The position numbers and the translations under genes are program-made. Shown here piece after piece: positions 1 through 9,492 of a DNA stretch of 36,637 nucleotides. Below the pieces are notes generated by a model. The model was not told where the DNA came from. It did not search any database and saw only the letters and a program-made list of their open reading frames with translations. How positions within the stretch are numbered: position 1 is the stretch's first letter; each line of letters begins with the position of its first letter. The stretch is from an uncultured Muribaculaceae bacterium (GTDB taxonomy: Bacteria > Bacteroidota > Bacteroidia > Bacteroidales > UBA932), in contig CAZOOH010000002.1 of NCBI GenBank assembly GCA_964581375.1, forward strand, positions 1 through 36,637, read 5' to 3'.

Positions 1-31
1 CGACAAAAATTCAGCATCGCAGTGACTTTTG

Positions 32-289
32 TCAATCGTTCCTGGCATGTCCTCCCCAAGGATGACAACGGATAACCCTTTTAAATGCTAACCAAACACC
101 TTTTATAGGGCCATATTTCTTAACGGCTTCAAGGGAATAAGCAGAACACGTAGGAGTAAATCGGCAACTGGGTGGTTTGAGCGGAGATATTCCGTACTGA
201 TAAAACTTTATAAGTAATATAAAGGGAAGTGAAAAAATAAATTTAATCCACCTTACCGATTCGTCCCAATGATTCTTTGATTCTTTCAT
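32..289 (-). CDS. yidD: membrane protein insertion efficiency factor YidD
   Basis: Translation contains the YidD signature YQYGISP...[37 protein letters not shown]. It sits directly downstream of rnpA, as is typical. The track start at 292 is TTG, and the first ATG is at 289. The 5' end overlaps the rnpA 3' end by about 47 nt. Confidence 0.9.
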   Translation of the reverse strand: MKESKNHWDESVRWIKFIFSLPFILLIKFYQYGISPLKPPSCRFTPTCSAYSLEAVKKYGPIKGVWLAFKRVIRCHPWGGHARND

Positions 290-593
290 CAATTATTTTG
301 TAATCGAGTACATCTGAGCTAATGTATAAAAAAACAATATCGAATTTTTTCTCTGAAACAAAATTGGATTTGTTGTTTCTATAACTCTCCCGTATTCTTC
401 TTTTGATTAAGTTTCTAATTACAGCTTTTTTAAATAAACGTTTAGGAACCGAAATTAGAATTCTGTTATATTCCAATTCATTATTACAGTAAATTACTTT
501 GAAAGGGTGTTTAAAAAATGAATCGCCACTCTTAAAAAGGGTTTCAATTACTCTTTTCGAACTTAATCGTTCGATTTTTGCAAGAGTATTCAT
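243..593 (-). CDS. rnpA: ribonuclease P protein component
   Basis: A 116 aa basic protein with the RnpA RNR-type motif ([18 protein letters not shown]). The conserved rnpA-yidD adjacency is present. Confidence 0.88.
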   Translation of the reverse strand: MNTLAKIERLSSKRVIETLFKSGDSFFKHPFKVIYCNNELEYNRILISVPKRLFKKAVIRNLIKRRIRESYRNNKSNFVSEKKFDIVFLYISSDVLDYKIIDERIKESLGRIGKVD

Positions 594-595
594 TA

Positions 596-1333
596 TTACT
601 TTTGTTCCAAATAAATAGCGAGGGCTCTTGATATTGAAGGAGCTTCCGGGGTAGGAGCAATAAGGGTTGGAGTTATTTTTGCCGTTTTTAGAGCTTTAGT
701 GGTAGCAGGGCCAAATGTTGCAAATTGAATAGATTTTGTGTCAAAATCAGGAAAGTTTTCAAGAAGTGATTTCAAATCTGAGGGAGAATAAAAAACGAGC
801 ATATCGTAATTATTAAGTTTTACGGCGCTTAAATCGCTGTAAACGGTCTTAATAAATACAGCCATGTTGTGTTTTAATTTTGCTTTGGTGAAATGCTTGT
901 GAAGGTCTGTCTTTAAATTGTCAGCTGTAGAAATAAGAAAGTTTTCGGTTTTGTGTTTAACCCCAATACTTTCAACTATAGACTCCAATGTCCCGTTTCC
1001 GTAAAAAATTTTCCTTTTCCGGTAAACAATATATTTTTGAAGATAGTGAGCGATTGTCTCAGAACTGCAAAAATATTTCATAGATTCAGGGACAGTTATC
1101 CTTAACTCTTCACAAAGTTTAAAAAAGGCATCGATTGCCGTTTTTGCCGTGAAGACAATAGCAGTATATTCTAAAATGTTAACTTTTTGGGCTCTGAAGT
1201 CTTTTGCAGATATCGGATCAACTCTAAAAAATGGAATAAAATCGATATTAAGCTTATATTTTGAAATTAAATCAGAGTAGGCATTTCCATTTGCAGGTTC
1301 GGGCTGGGAAATTAGAATGTTCTTAATTTTCAT
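596..1333 (-). CDS. hemD: uroporphyrinogen-III synthase family (HemD/HEM4-like) protein
   Basis: About 245 aa with the typical Bacteroidota HemD-like N-terminus (MKIKNILISQPEP), a two-lobed repeat pattern (FTAKTAIDAFF ... FATFGPATTKAL) and the right size. I moved the start from the TTG at 1348 to the ATG at 1333, which removes the overlap with the upstream gene. The catalytic role is not proven. Confidence 0.7.
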   Translation of the reverse strand: MKIKNILISQPEPANGNAYSDLISKYKLNIDFIPFFRVDPISAKDFRAQKVNILEYTAIVFTAKTAIDAFFKLCEELRITVPESMKYFCSSETIAHYLQKYIVYRKRKIFYGNGTLESIVESIGVKHKTENFLISTADNLKTDLHKHFTKAKLKHNMAVFIKTVYSDLSAVKLNNYDMLVFYSPSDLKSLLENFPDFDTKSIQFATFGPATTKALKTAKITPTLIAPTPEAPSISRALAIYLEQK

Positions 1334-1337
1334 ACAG

Positions 1338-2138
1338 TTATAGCACAAGGATAATGTTAGTCAAAATCGAAAATGGTAATATTTCGACGGCGCAAAGATA
1401 TAAAATATAAAAAACAATTGAAAAATGATGGCTTCTAATTACTTGAAATGTTCTGAAAATGTAAAGAATATAGGAGATAATAAAGATGTATAAAATTGAA
1501 TTAACCATTCCGCTATATGAAATTTCTCCGGATATAAGTTTGATTATCAGAAGTAAAAAAACCAGAATAGAGCCAATTATAAAATAATTATATGATATCT
1601 TTTCAATTATTCTAAATGTAAACTTATCTTTAGTTAACCAAGAGACAAATCTAAAAATAGTGCGTCTGATTAACCAAACCGATAAAATTCCAGCCAAAAT
1701 TATTGCAATTATGTATGGTGTAAAAAGTCCATAAATACTCTTTAACTCTGTTCCGGATGTTGCCGTTATTACTAACGGAATAAAAATTAATGCCAACCAG
1801 GCAGTTACGTTTCTTTTAAACGACAACCCGGTTTTCTCTTCAATCTTTATATTGTTTTTGTAACTCCAAAGTGAACTAATGAGTGTATAAAAAACAGGCA
1901 CAATTTGTCTTATAAAAAAAATAAGAACAATAAAATAAACGAAAATTATACCTGAGATTATATTTTTTTCAAGATCAGATTCTTTTGCACGAGTGTTTTT
2001 TACCGAGGGAACAAATGTGGAAGTATTCCAAATTGTCGAGACGGGATTAATAATATTTGTTCGAGCCGGAAAATGCTCAAAATCAATGTATTTGCATGAT
2101 GTGCTGTCTACTACAAAAAGAGTGTCTGTGTGTGGCAT
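1338..2138 (-). CDS. multi-pass membrane protein (DUF4271-like)
   Basis: A 266 aa ORF with about 6 hydrophobic segments. Its position immediately upstream of hemD-like/rnpA/yidD matches the arrangement I recall for DUF4271 proteins in Bacteroidales. The ATG shares one base with the SUI1 stop codon (TAATG). Confidence 0.6.
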   Translation of the reverse strand: MPHTDTLFVVDSTSCKYIDFEHFPARTNIINPVSTIWNTSTFVPSVKNTRAKESDLEKNIISGIIFVYFIVLIFFIRQIVPVFYTLISSLWSYKNNIKIEEKTGLSFKRNVTAWLALIFIPLVITATSGTELKSIYGLFTPYIIAIILAGILSVWLIRRTIFRFVSWLTKDKFTFRIIEKISYNYFIIGSILVFLLLIIKLISGEISYSGMVNSILYIFIISYILYIFRTFQVIRSHHFSIVFYILYLCAVEILPFSILTNIILVL

Positions 2139-2485
2139 TAATTCCCTCTTTTAGCTTGATAACCCAATGATTTTAATGTTTGTACAACTTTGTCCCTGAA
2201 GTCGCCCTGAATAAGTATTTCTCCGTCTTTTGCACTTCCGCCGGTCCCGCATTTTGTCTTTAATAATTTTCCTAAAGTGGCAAGATCCTCATCATTTCCC
2301 ACGAACCCGGAAACCAAAGTAACTTGTTTACCACCACGGTTTCTTCTGTCAATTCCTACGATAAGTTTTTGTTGAGAAGGAGGAAGAGTCTCTTGGTTAT
2401 TGTCGTTTGAATCAGACTGATAGTTGAAATCGGGGTTTGTAGAATAAACCATCCCAATTCTTGCTTTCCAATCGTTGTCGGCCAT
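2138..2485 (-). CDS. translation initiation factor SUI1/YciH family protein
   Basis: A 115 aa protein. Its C-terminal part ([15 protein letters not shown]...[22 protein letters not shown]) matches the SUI1/eIF1 fold signature of bacterial YciH. Confidence 0.85.
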   Translation of the reverse strand: MADNDWKARIGMVYSTNPDFNYQSDSNDNNQETLPPSQQKLIVGIDRRNRGGKQVTLVSGFVGNDEDLATLGKLLKTKCGTGGSAKDGEILIQGDFRDKVVQTLKSLGYQAKRGN

Positions 2486-2529
2486 GGTATTAAATTTGTT
2501 ACAAAGTTAGATATAAAAATCCAAAGTAG

Positions 2530-2537
2530 TATATTTG
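2530..2537 (+). promoter_or_regulatory. candidate Bacteroidota -7 promoter box (TATATTTG, consensus TAnnTTTG)
   Basis: Exact match to TAnnTTTG, 35 nt upstream of the ATG at 2572. No well-spaced -33 TTTG element was found. Confidence 0.35.
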
Positions 2538-2571
2538 TAGGATATTCAGGAAATCACACACAAATTAAAAT

Positions 2572-5500
2572 ATGGAATTAAAAAGATTCAAATTACTTAA
2601 CAACATCTTCGGATTTGTTGTTTTTGTAATATCGGCATTTGTCTATTTGTCGACAATAGAACCTACCGCCAGTTTTTGGGATTGCGGAGAGTTCATTGCT
2701 TCTTCTTTTAAACTTGAAATCGGCCATCCTCCGGGAAATCCGGTTTTTCAATTAATCGCCAGAATTTTCACACTCTTTGGCGATAAAGATAGTGCTGCTT
2801 TGTTAGTTAATGCTATGAGCGGATTGCTTTCGGCTTTAACGATAACATTTCTTTTCTGGACTATCACTCATTTAGCCAAAAGAATTTTTGAAAGAAATAA
2901 TAAGGGCGAGATTTTAACAGTTTCTAACGTTATTACAATAATAGCATCAGGAATTTTAGGGTCGTTAGCATACAGTTTTTCTGATACATTTTGGTTTTCG
3001 GCAGTTGAAGGAGAGGTTTATGCAATGTCTTCTTTATTTACTGCGGTTGTATTCTGGGCCATGTTAAAATGGGAAGAACAAGCTGATTTGCCCAACTCAA
3101 ACAGATGGATTATTCTAATCGCATTCCTTATGGGATTGTCAATAGGAGTCCATCTCTTAAATCTATTAGCTATTCCTGCTCTTGTATTTATTTACTACTA
3201 CAAGAAGTATGATGTTACTAAAAAAGGGATTTTATATGTTTTAGTAATATCTGCCGTAATACTTGGATTTATTCTTTTCGGGATTATTCCATATTTACCG
3301 AAAATAGCTGCTTGGTTCGATCTTATGTTTGTAAATGTTTTCGGGCTTCCTTTTAATTCAGGTGCGGCATTTTTTATGGTTGCTCTGTTACTTGCCTCTT
3401 TCCTGGCAGTATACAAAACTTACACTAAAGGTTTGGTGCTTTGGAATACCATCTTATTGGCTTTCACGATGATTGTTATAGGATACTCTTCATTTGCAAT
3501 GGTAATAATTAGGTCTTCTGCAAACACTCCGACAAACGAATATCAGCCCGATAATCCTTTCACTTTAGTAAGATACCTGGGAAGAGAACAATATGGAAGT
3601 AATCCTCTTATATACGGTGAGAGTTACGCTTCACGTTATGAGGTAACTTACGATTACTATTACAATAAAATTGGCGATAAATATAAAAAGGTAAAAGGCC
3701 CGTTGAAACCGGAATATTACTCTTCCGATAAAATGATATTCCCTCGTATGTGGAGTTCAAGTGCCGATCATATTAAGTTTTATGAGTCATACACTCAAGG
3801 AAGAGGAACGGCCATAGAGGGTACCGATAAAAAAATTCCGCTTTTCAGAGATAATCTTGCTTACTTCTTCGATTATCAGGTAAACTGGATGTATCTGCGC
3901 TATTTCATGTGGAATTTTGCTGGTCGTCAAAATGACTTGCAAGGCTCTGTTCCAGGCGACCCGATAAGAGGTAACTGGGAATCAGGTATCAAATTTTTAG
4001 ATAAATCCAGATTGGGCGATCAAAGCAATGGCCCGGATTATCTTTTAAAGAACAGGGGAAAGAATCACTACTATATGATTCCTTTGATTCTTGGTTTTAT
4101 AGGGTTGTTCTATCAATTAAGTAAGGATAAGAGAAACTGGTGGGTTACTATGTTGCTTTTCTTATTGACGGGTCTGGCTGTCGTTGTTTATTTGAATCAG
4201 TATCCGTACCAGCCGAGAGAACGTGATTATGCTTATGCCGGTTCGTTTTATGCTTTCGCAATTTGGATTGGATTGGGTGTGTTGGCAATTCAAGAGTTTT
4301 TAAGGAGCAAAATAAATGCAAAGGTATCTGCCGTAATCGCTACTGTTGTGGCTGTTGCAGTACCTGTGCAGATGCTTTCAGAGAACTGGGACGATCATGA
4401 CAGGAGTAATCGATACGGAGCTCGTGACTTGGCTTATAATTATCTCATGAGTTGTGAAAAAGAGTCTATTTTGGTTACTCACGGCGATAACGATACTTTC
4501 CCTCTCTGGTATATTCAAGAGGTAGAAGGGGTAAGAACAGATCTCAGAATTGTTAATACCTCTTTGTTGGGAATGGATTGGTATATAAACCAGATGAAAT
4601 ACAGAGTATATGATTCTCCACCGCTCAATCTTACAATACCGCAGGAGGAGTACCTTTTTGGTACAAATGATTACTTGCAAATTGAAGATCAGATTAAGAA
4701 ACCTGTGTCTTTAAAAGCGGTTGTAGATTTTATTTCAAATCCTGCCGGCAAGTTTAAAGATGATGATGGTGAATCTCACAGCTTTTTTGCAGCAAGACAA
4801 TTGCTAATTCCGGTAGATAAAGCTGCTGTTATTAAAAATGGAATATTACCTGCTTCGGACAGCAGTTTAATTCAGGACACTATTCAGTTGAATCTGCCTC
4901 AAGGAAAGAGAGTACTCACCAAAACTGAGATGATTATATTGGATATGCTGGCTAATTATAAATGGGAAAGGCCAATATATTTCGGACAAATGGGAGGAGA
5001 TCTTGAAATAGGAATTAAGGATTATCTTGAATTTGACGGTTTTGCTTATAAGTTTGTTCCTATTAAAAGTAGTACAACATTAGGGAATCCCGGTAGGATT
5101 GCTTCCGATAAATTGTACAATTTGTTAATGAATGTTTATAAATGGGGAAATATCGATAAGCCGGAGACTAATGTCGATTACCAACACTTAATTACATTCA
5201 GTGCGGTTATGCCTGTAAGGAATATATTTACTTTAACAGCTAAAGGACTTATGGCAAATGGTAAAAACAAGGAGGCAGTGGAAATTCTTGACAAAATGCA
5301 AAAAGTAATGATTCCTGCTAACTTCCCTCTCAGTTGTACTTTATTAGGTTCTTTGAACGAATATTCGGTAATTGATGCAGTGGATATGTATCTAAGGTTA
5401 GGAGAGAAGGAAAAAGGAATTGCTTTGGGAGATGCATTTATTGCCGAGAACTATAGTGCGATTAACTTGTTTTCAAAAAGATATGGTTCCGGGTACTTAT

Positions 5501-5631
5501 CTAAAGACGATGTAGAGCACAGTCTTTCGTTTATATATTATGTTACCGAAATTTATAAGAGAAACGGGTTGGAAGAAAAATCAAAAGATGTAATGAGCAA
5601 GCTTGAAGCGTTGGCAAAAACCTTAAACTAA
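2572..5631 (+). CDS. DUF2723 / TMEM260-like (GT117-type) polytopic membrane protein with soluble C-terminal helical-repeat domain
   Basis: A 1019 aa protein. The N-terminal motif EPTASFWDCGEFIASSFKLEIGHPPGNP and about 11 TM helices are typical of DUF2723. A long soluble C-terminal half follows. Confidence 0.8.
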   Translation: MELKRFKLLNNIFGFVVFVISAFVYLSTIEPTASFWDCGEFIASSFKLEIGHPPGNPVFQLIARIFTLFGDKDSAALLVNAMSGLLSALTITFLFWTITHLAKRIFERNNKGEILTVSNVITIIASGILGSLAYSFSDTFWFSAVEGEVYAMSSLFTAVVFWAMLKWEEQADLPNSNRWIILIAFLMGLSIGVHLLNLLAIPALVFIYYYKKYDVTKKGILYVLVISAVILGFILFGIIPYLPKIAAWFDLMFVNVFGLPFNSGAAFFMVALLLASFLAVYKTYTKGLVLWNTILLAFTMIVIGYSSFAMVIIRSSANTPTNEYQPDNPFTLVRYLGREQYGSNPLIYGESYASRYEVTYDYYYNKIGDKYKKVKGPLKPEYYSSDKMIFPRMWSSSADHIKFYESYTQGRGTAIEGTDKKIPLFRDNLAYFFDYQVNWMYLRYFMWNFAGRQNDLQGSVPGDPIRGNWESGIKFLDKSRLGDQSNGPDYLLKNRGKNHYYMIPLILGFIGLFYQLSKDKRNWWVTMLLFLLTGLAVVVYLNQYPYQPRERDYAYAGSFYAFAIWIGLGVLAIQEFLRSKINAKVSAVIATVVAVAVPVQMLSENWDDHDRSNRYGARDLAYNYLMSCEKESILVTHGDNDTFPLWYIQEVEGVRTDLRIVNTSLLGMDWYINQMKYRVYDSPPLNLTIPQEEYLFGTNDYLQIEDQIKKPVSLKAVVDFISNPAGKFKDDDGESHSFFAARQLLIPVDKAAVIKNGILPASDSSLIQDTIQLNLPQGKRVLTKTEMIILDMLANYKWERPIYFGQMGGDLEIGIKDYLEFDGFAYKFVPIKSSTTLGNPGRIASDKLYNLLMNVYKWGNIDKPETNVDYQHLITFSAVMPVRNIFTLTAKGLMANGKNKEAVEILDKMQKVMIPANFPLSCTLLGSLNEYSVIDAVDMYLRLGEKEKGIALGDAFIAENYSAINLFSKRYGSGYLSKDDVEHSLSFIYYVTEIYKRNGLEEKSKDVMSKLEALAKTLN

Positions 5632-6611
5632 CCCAACAAGAGGTTACAACCTCTTAGTTCGGAATTTGAAATGCGACCGAGGATTCTAAAAGAGTTCTCG
5701 GTCTCTTTTATTCCTAAATCTTCGGTTTCTATAAACGAACACGAATATAGATTAGCAAGGTCAATTATGTTTACCCCCCCTTTATTTGAGAGAGGCAATA
5801 TTTTAAAAGGATTTTGCAAATCCCTTATATAAATACGCATCCATGGGGGGGCCGTGAACACCCCGTTCCCTACTGAATATGCCTGAGAAAGCAGTTCTGC
5901 CATACCATATTCAGAGTGAATATTATTGGATCCAAATCCATCTTTCAGAGAATTATGTATCTCCTCTCTTGACAATTCCCGGCCTCTTCCCTTCATCCCT
6001 CCAGTCTCAATTACAATCAATGAAGGAAAATCTATCCGGAACTCGTTAACAAAATCGAGTAAAGCAAAACTTACTCCCAAAAGAATTGTAGGGACCTGAT
6101 TCTTTTTAAGGGTATTTAATTTTTCAAACAGCTCAGAATGGTTGTATAAATAGAACCCATTATTGGAATTTGCTGAATCAGTCATAAGTTTATTGGCCAT
6201 ATATACTAAAGAAGAGCCCTCTCTTTCGAGATAAGATGGTAATAATGAAAGTATTGCGTATTTCGAGGGGTTTCCGTAAATCTTATAAAAACCATTTAAA
6301 AAACTTTTCTCATAAAGTTTTAAGCTTGCAACATAATGCTTTGAAGGCGAAACGCCTGTTGTTGAGCTGCTTGTGAATATTACTTCAGGCTTTCTATTCT
6401 CAACAATAATTTCCATGTTTTTGAATAGCTGAATTGGTAAGTAAGGAATTTGTTCCGTAGCAGATATTTGTTTATAATCTACATTTAATAGTTCGAGATA
6501 TTTTTTGTATACCGGACAATATACAGCCTGATACCTGAAAACAGTCAGAGCGGTTTCGTCAAAATTTGATTTTCCTTCGATTTTAAAGATTTTATCTTCA
6601 AAAGTTTCCAT
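5628..6611 (-). CDS. LuxE/PaaK-like acyl-protein synthetase family adenylate-forming enzyme (often annotated 'acyl transferase')
   Basis: Adenylation motifs TSSSTTG, ETGGMKGRG and EYGMAEL are present, with a Bacteroidota LuxE-like N-terminus (FRYQAVYCPVYKKYLELL). I chose the ATG at 6611, since the track start at 6635 is TTG. The ORF overlaps the GH3 gene by 14 nt. Confidence 0.75.
   Translation of the reverse strand: METFEDKIFKIEGKSNFDETALTVFRYQAVYCPVYKKYLELLNVDYKQISATEQIPYLPIQLFKNMEIIVENRKPEVIFTSSSTTGVSPSKHYVASLKLYEKSFLNGFYKIYGNPSKYAILSLLPSYLEREGSSLVYMANKLMTDSANSNNGFYLYNHSELFEKLNTLKKNQVPTILLGVSFALLDFVNEFRIDFPSLIVIETGGMKGRGRELSREEIHNSLKDGFGSNNIHSEYGMAELLSQAYSVGNGVFTAPPWMRIYIRDLQNPFKILPLSNKGGVNIIDLANLYSCSFIETEDLGIKETENSFRILGRISNSELRGCNLLLG
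5638..5655. terminator. perfect short hairpin (AAGAGGTT-ac-AACCTCTT) at convergent gene junction
   Basis: Seen directly, starting 7 nt after the DUF2723 stop codon and lying inside the last codons of the convergent LuxE-like gene. There is no U-tract on either strand, so terminator function is uncertain. Confidence 0.3.
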
Positions 6612-8130
6612 TAATTTCCAATAACTCTTCAACAATTGTTCTGTTATTACTCAATCTTGGTACTTTGTTTTGACCTCCGAGTTTATCTTTGTTTTTAAGC
6701 CATTCGTAAAAACAGCCACTCTTTAATGCTACAAGCTTAAGACGTTCCATGGTTACACTTTTAGCCCTTTTTGCATCATAATCGGAGTTTAATTCACATA
6801 GCGATTTATCTAAAGTATTAGCAAAATCATCAATACTTTCCGGATCATTTTCAAATTCAATCAACCATTGATGAGCCCCCTTTCCCCGATCTTTCATAAA
6901 CAGCGGGGCAACTGTGTAATTAGAAACATTTACGTTGTGAGTTTTACAGCTTATTGCAAGTGCTTTTTCGGCATTTGAAATCATAAGTTCTTCGCCAAAA
7001 GCATTTATAAATAACTGAGTTCTGCCTGTAACTTTGATTTTATGAGGCAACAGAGAGGTGAAAACTACAGTATCTCCAATAAGATATCGCCATAATCCGC
7101 TGTTTGTACTAATTACCATTGCATAATTTGTGTCCCTCTTTACACTTTCGATAGTTTCGAAATCTCTGAACTCACCCGAAATAGCTGAATCCAGTTTTTC
7201 TAAAGGGATAAATTCGTAGAAAATTCCATTAAAAAGAGAGAGCAGCATTGATTCATCGCCCTCCTCATCCTGAAAAGCAAAATAGCCCTCAGAAGCATTA
7301 TAATTTTCTCTGTAATTCATGCTTTCAGAAGGAATCAATTTCTTGTATTGTTCCTTGTACGGTTCGAAATTTATTCCACCGTGCATAAATAGCTCCAAAT
7401 TAGGCCAGATTGCAAGAAGATTATCAATATTATGATAGTCAAGAATACGGTTCATCAAAACCAGATTCCATGATGGTACCCCTGCAAAATTTGTAACATT
7501 GTATTTCTTAGCTGCCTTACATATTTCTGACACTTTTGTTTCAAAATCGGGCAAAAGAGCAATCTCTTTTGCCGGAACCCTCTTAAGCTCAACAAGAAAA
7601 TTTGTATTCCTAAGCATTATAGCAGACAAATCGCCATAAAAACTCTCTCCCGAACCCGCTTCATCTATTGCCACACTGCCGCCCAATGTTAATGCATGCC
7701 CTTTAAATAGTTTAGAATTAGGGTTTTGGTTTAAATATGTTGCCAACATTTTTCTCATTCCCAGGAAGTGACAATTATTCAAAGAGTCATCGGTAATTGG
7801 AATGAACTTGCTTTTAGAGGAACTTGTACCGCTTGATTTTGCAAACCATTTGACTTTTTGATTCCAGAGGATATAATTCTCCCCCTTGCGAATCCTGTTA
7901 ATATATGGTTCAAATTTATCATAATCTCTCAATGGAACTCTTTTCTGAAAATCAGAAACACTTTGAATTGAATCAAAATTATGCTCATTCCCGAAGAATG
8001 TATCCTTTCCTGAATTTATTAAAGATTCAAATACTTTCAATTGTTTGTCCCAAGGAGTTTTACGGGCTTCATCTATCTCATTAAGAAGAGAATAAGAAAA
8101 AAAAGAATATAGTTGAGTAATTATTGACAT
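6598..8130 (-). CDS. GH3 (auxin-responsive promoter) family acyl-acid amido synthetase-like protein
   Basis: GH3 motifs are present: FAKSSGTSSSKSKFIP (motif I), YNASEGYFAF (motif II) and LWRYLIGDTV (motif III). I chose the start at 8130 (MSIITQLY), 17 nt after the recO stop. An ATG at 8172 is the alternative. Confidence 0.85.
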   Translation of the reverse strand: MSIITQLYSFFSYSLLNEIDEARKTPWDKQLKVFESLINSGKDTFFGNEHNFDSIQSVSDFQKRVPLRDYDKFEPYINRIRKGENYILWNQKVKWFAKSSGTSSSKSKFIPITDDSLNNCHFLGMRKMLATYLNQNPNSKLFKGHALTLGGSVAIDEAGSGESFYGDLSAIMLRNTNFLVELKRVPAKEIALLPDFETKVSEICKAAKKYNVTNFAGVPSWNLVLMNRILDYHNIDNLLAIWPNLELFMHGGINFEPYKEQYKKLIPSESMNYRENYNASEGYFAFQDEEGDESMLLSLFNGIFYEFIPLEKLDSAISGEFRDFETIESVKRDTNYAMVISTNSGLWRYLIGDTVVFTSLLPHKIKVTGRTQLFINAFGEELMISNAEKALAISCKTHNVNVSNYTVAPLFMKDRGKGAHQWLIEFENDPESIDDFANTLDKSLCELNSDYDAKRAKSVTMERLKLVALKSGCFYEWLKNKDKLGGQNKVPRLSNNRTIVEELLEINGNF

Positions 8131-8146
8131 TGGGCAAATATAGAGA

Positions 8147-8869
8147 TTATTCAAATACTTCGTGCAAAACATTCAGAGACTTTAGGTTTATCTCAACTCC
8201 CTGATGATAACCAATATACTTTAACATATCAGAGATGAAAACATATCTTGCATTTCTATTAAGGATAAGAGGTTGAGACCCTTGGGCATTATATTGTAAT
8301 ATTTTTTGCAGGATTTCGGAACTCTCCTTTTCAAAGAACTTACAGCCTATAGTAGAAGGGTCAATAAATCCACCGCTGAGGATATCAAATAAATAGCTGT
8401 CGGAATTGAGGTTTTTTTCCGGCAAATAACCTAAATGTTTACAATAATTAACGACAAATCGAGGATGAAAATCTGATGTATTTACCTCATTTTGTTCAAG
8501 TTCAATAATCGAATTTAGTAAGAATACAAATAATTCATAATTCGGCTCAATCTCTTTTAATGTTCTGTAAATTAACTCGCCAATGAATACCGAAATTGAG
8601 TTTTTGACAATTCCTGTTCTGATATTTACAAGATTATAAATTACCGAAAACTCTTTTATTACGGGCAGATTTCCCTTTTTTACACTGCTTAATTCTGCCT
8701 CAATAATACTTAAAGGATGGAGTTGAGAAAGAGTATTCCCTCTTTTTGAGCGAGATCCGATATTAAAAATAAGAAATCCCTGGCGACCGTATAAATTTGT
8801 ATAACCATTGACTATCAAAGAAGAATCTCTGAATTTTACAGTATTTAGTACTATGATTTGAAGCTTCAA
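8147..8869 (-). CDS. recO: DNA repair protein RecO
   Basis: A 240 aa protein with an N-terminal OB-fold-like pattern (IVLNTVKFRDSSLIVNGYT...GRQGF) and the size typical of Bacteroidota RecO. There is no in-frame ATG near the 5' end, so the start is a TTG that overlaps the rdgB stop (TTGA). Confidence 0.7.
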   Translation of the reverse strand: MKLQIIVLNTVKFRDSSLIVNGYTNLYGRQGFLIFNIGSRSKRGNTLSQLHPLSIIEAELSSVKKGNLPVIKEFSVIYNLVNIRTGIVKNSISVFIGELIYRTLKEIEPNYELFVFLLNSIIELEQNEVNTSDFHPRFVVNYCKHLGYLPEKNLNSDSYLFDILSGGFIDPSTIGCKFFEKESSEILQKILQYNAQGSQPLILNRNARYVFISDMLKYIGYHQGVEINLKSLNVLHEVFE

Positions 8870-9447
8870 AAATTTATACTCTTTAGATAATCGGATAGTT
8901 TTCTCATTGCTTCTCCTCTGTGAGAAATAGCGTTTTTTTCATCTTCAGTCAATTCTGCCATAGTTTTATTGACTCCTTCGGGAAGAAAGACCGAATCATA
9001 CCCAAAACCTTTTGACCCACGTTGCTCTTTTAAAATTGTACCATCTGCACAACCCTCAAAAAAAGTGGGTTTCCCGTTAATAATAAGAGCAATAACTGTT
9101 CTGAATCGTGCTTTTCTGTTTTCTGCAGCAGCAATCTCATCAAGAACTTTATCGATATTTGATTGAAAAGAGCATCCTTCGCCTGCATATCTTGCCGAAA
9201 AGACTCCCGGACGACCATTAAGAACTTCAATTTCTAATCCGGTATCATCTGCAAAACATGGGCGATGAAATCGGTGCCATAAATATTCTGCCTTTATAAG
9301 AGCATTCTCCTTTAATGTAGAACCTGTCTCCTTAATTTCTTCATGAATTCCCAGGTCAGAGGGTGTAATCAACTTTATTTCATCTCCTACAATTGCCTGA
9401 GCTTCCATTAATTTGTGCTTGTTTGCTGTTGCAAAAATTATCTCCAT
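8866..9447 (-). CDS. rdgB: dITP/XTP pyrophosphatase (non-canonical purine NTP pyrophosphatase)
   Basis: Motifs IFATANKHKLMEA, FADDTGLEIEVLNGRPGVFSARYAG, GFGYDSVF and ISHRGEA are present. Confidence 0.92.
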   Translation of the reverse strand: MEIIFATANKHKLMEAQAIVGDEIKLITPSDLGIHEEIKETGSTLKENALIKAEYLWHRFHRPCFADDTGLEIEVLNGRPGVFSARYAGEGCSFQSNIDKVLDEIAAAENRKARFRTVIALIINGKPTFFEGCADGTILKEQRGSKGFGYDSVFLPEGVNKTMAELTEDEKNAISHRGEAMRKLSDYLKSINF

Positions 9448-9484
9448 TTATTCTGACTTTATTGCACCAAAGATAGTAAATCCT

Positions 9485-9492
9485 TACTTTTG
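9485..9492 (+). promoter_or_regulatory. candidate -7 promoter box (TACTTTTG)
   Basis: Exact TAnnTTTG match, 26 nt upstream of the ATG at 9518. Confidence 0.4.
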
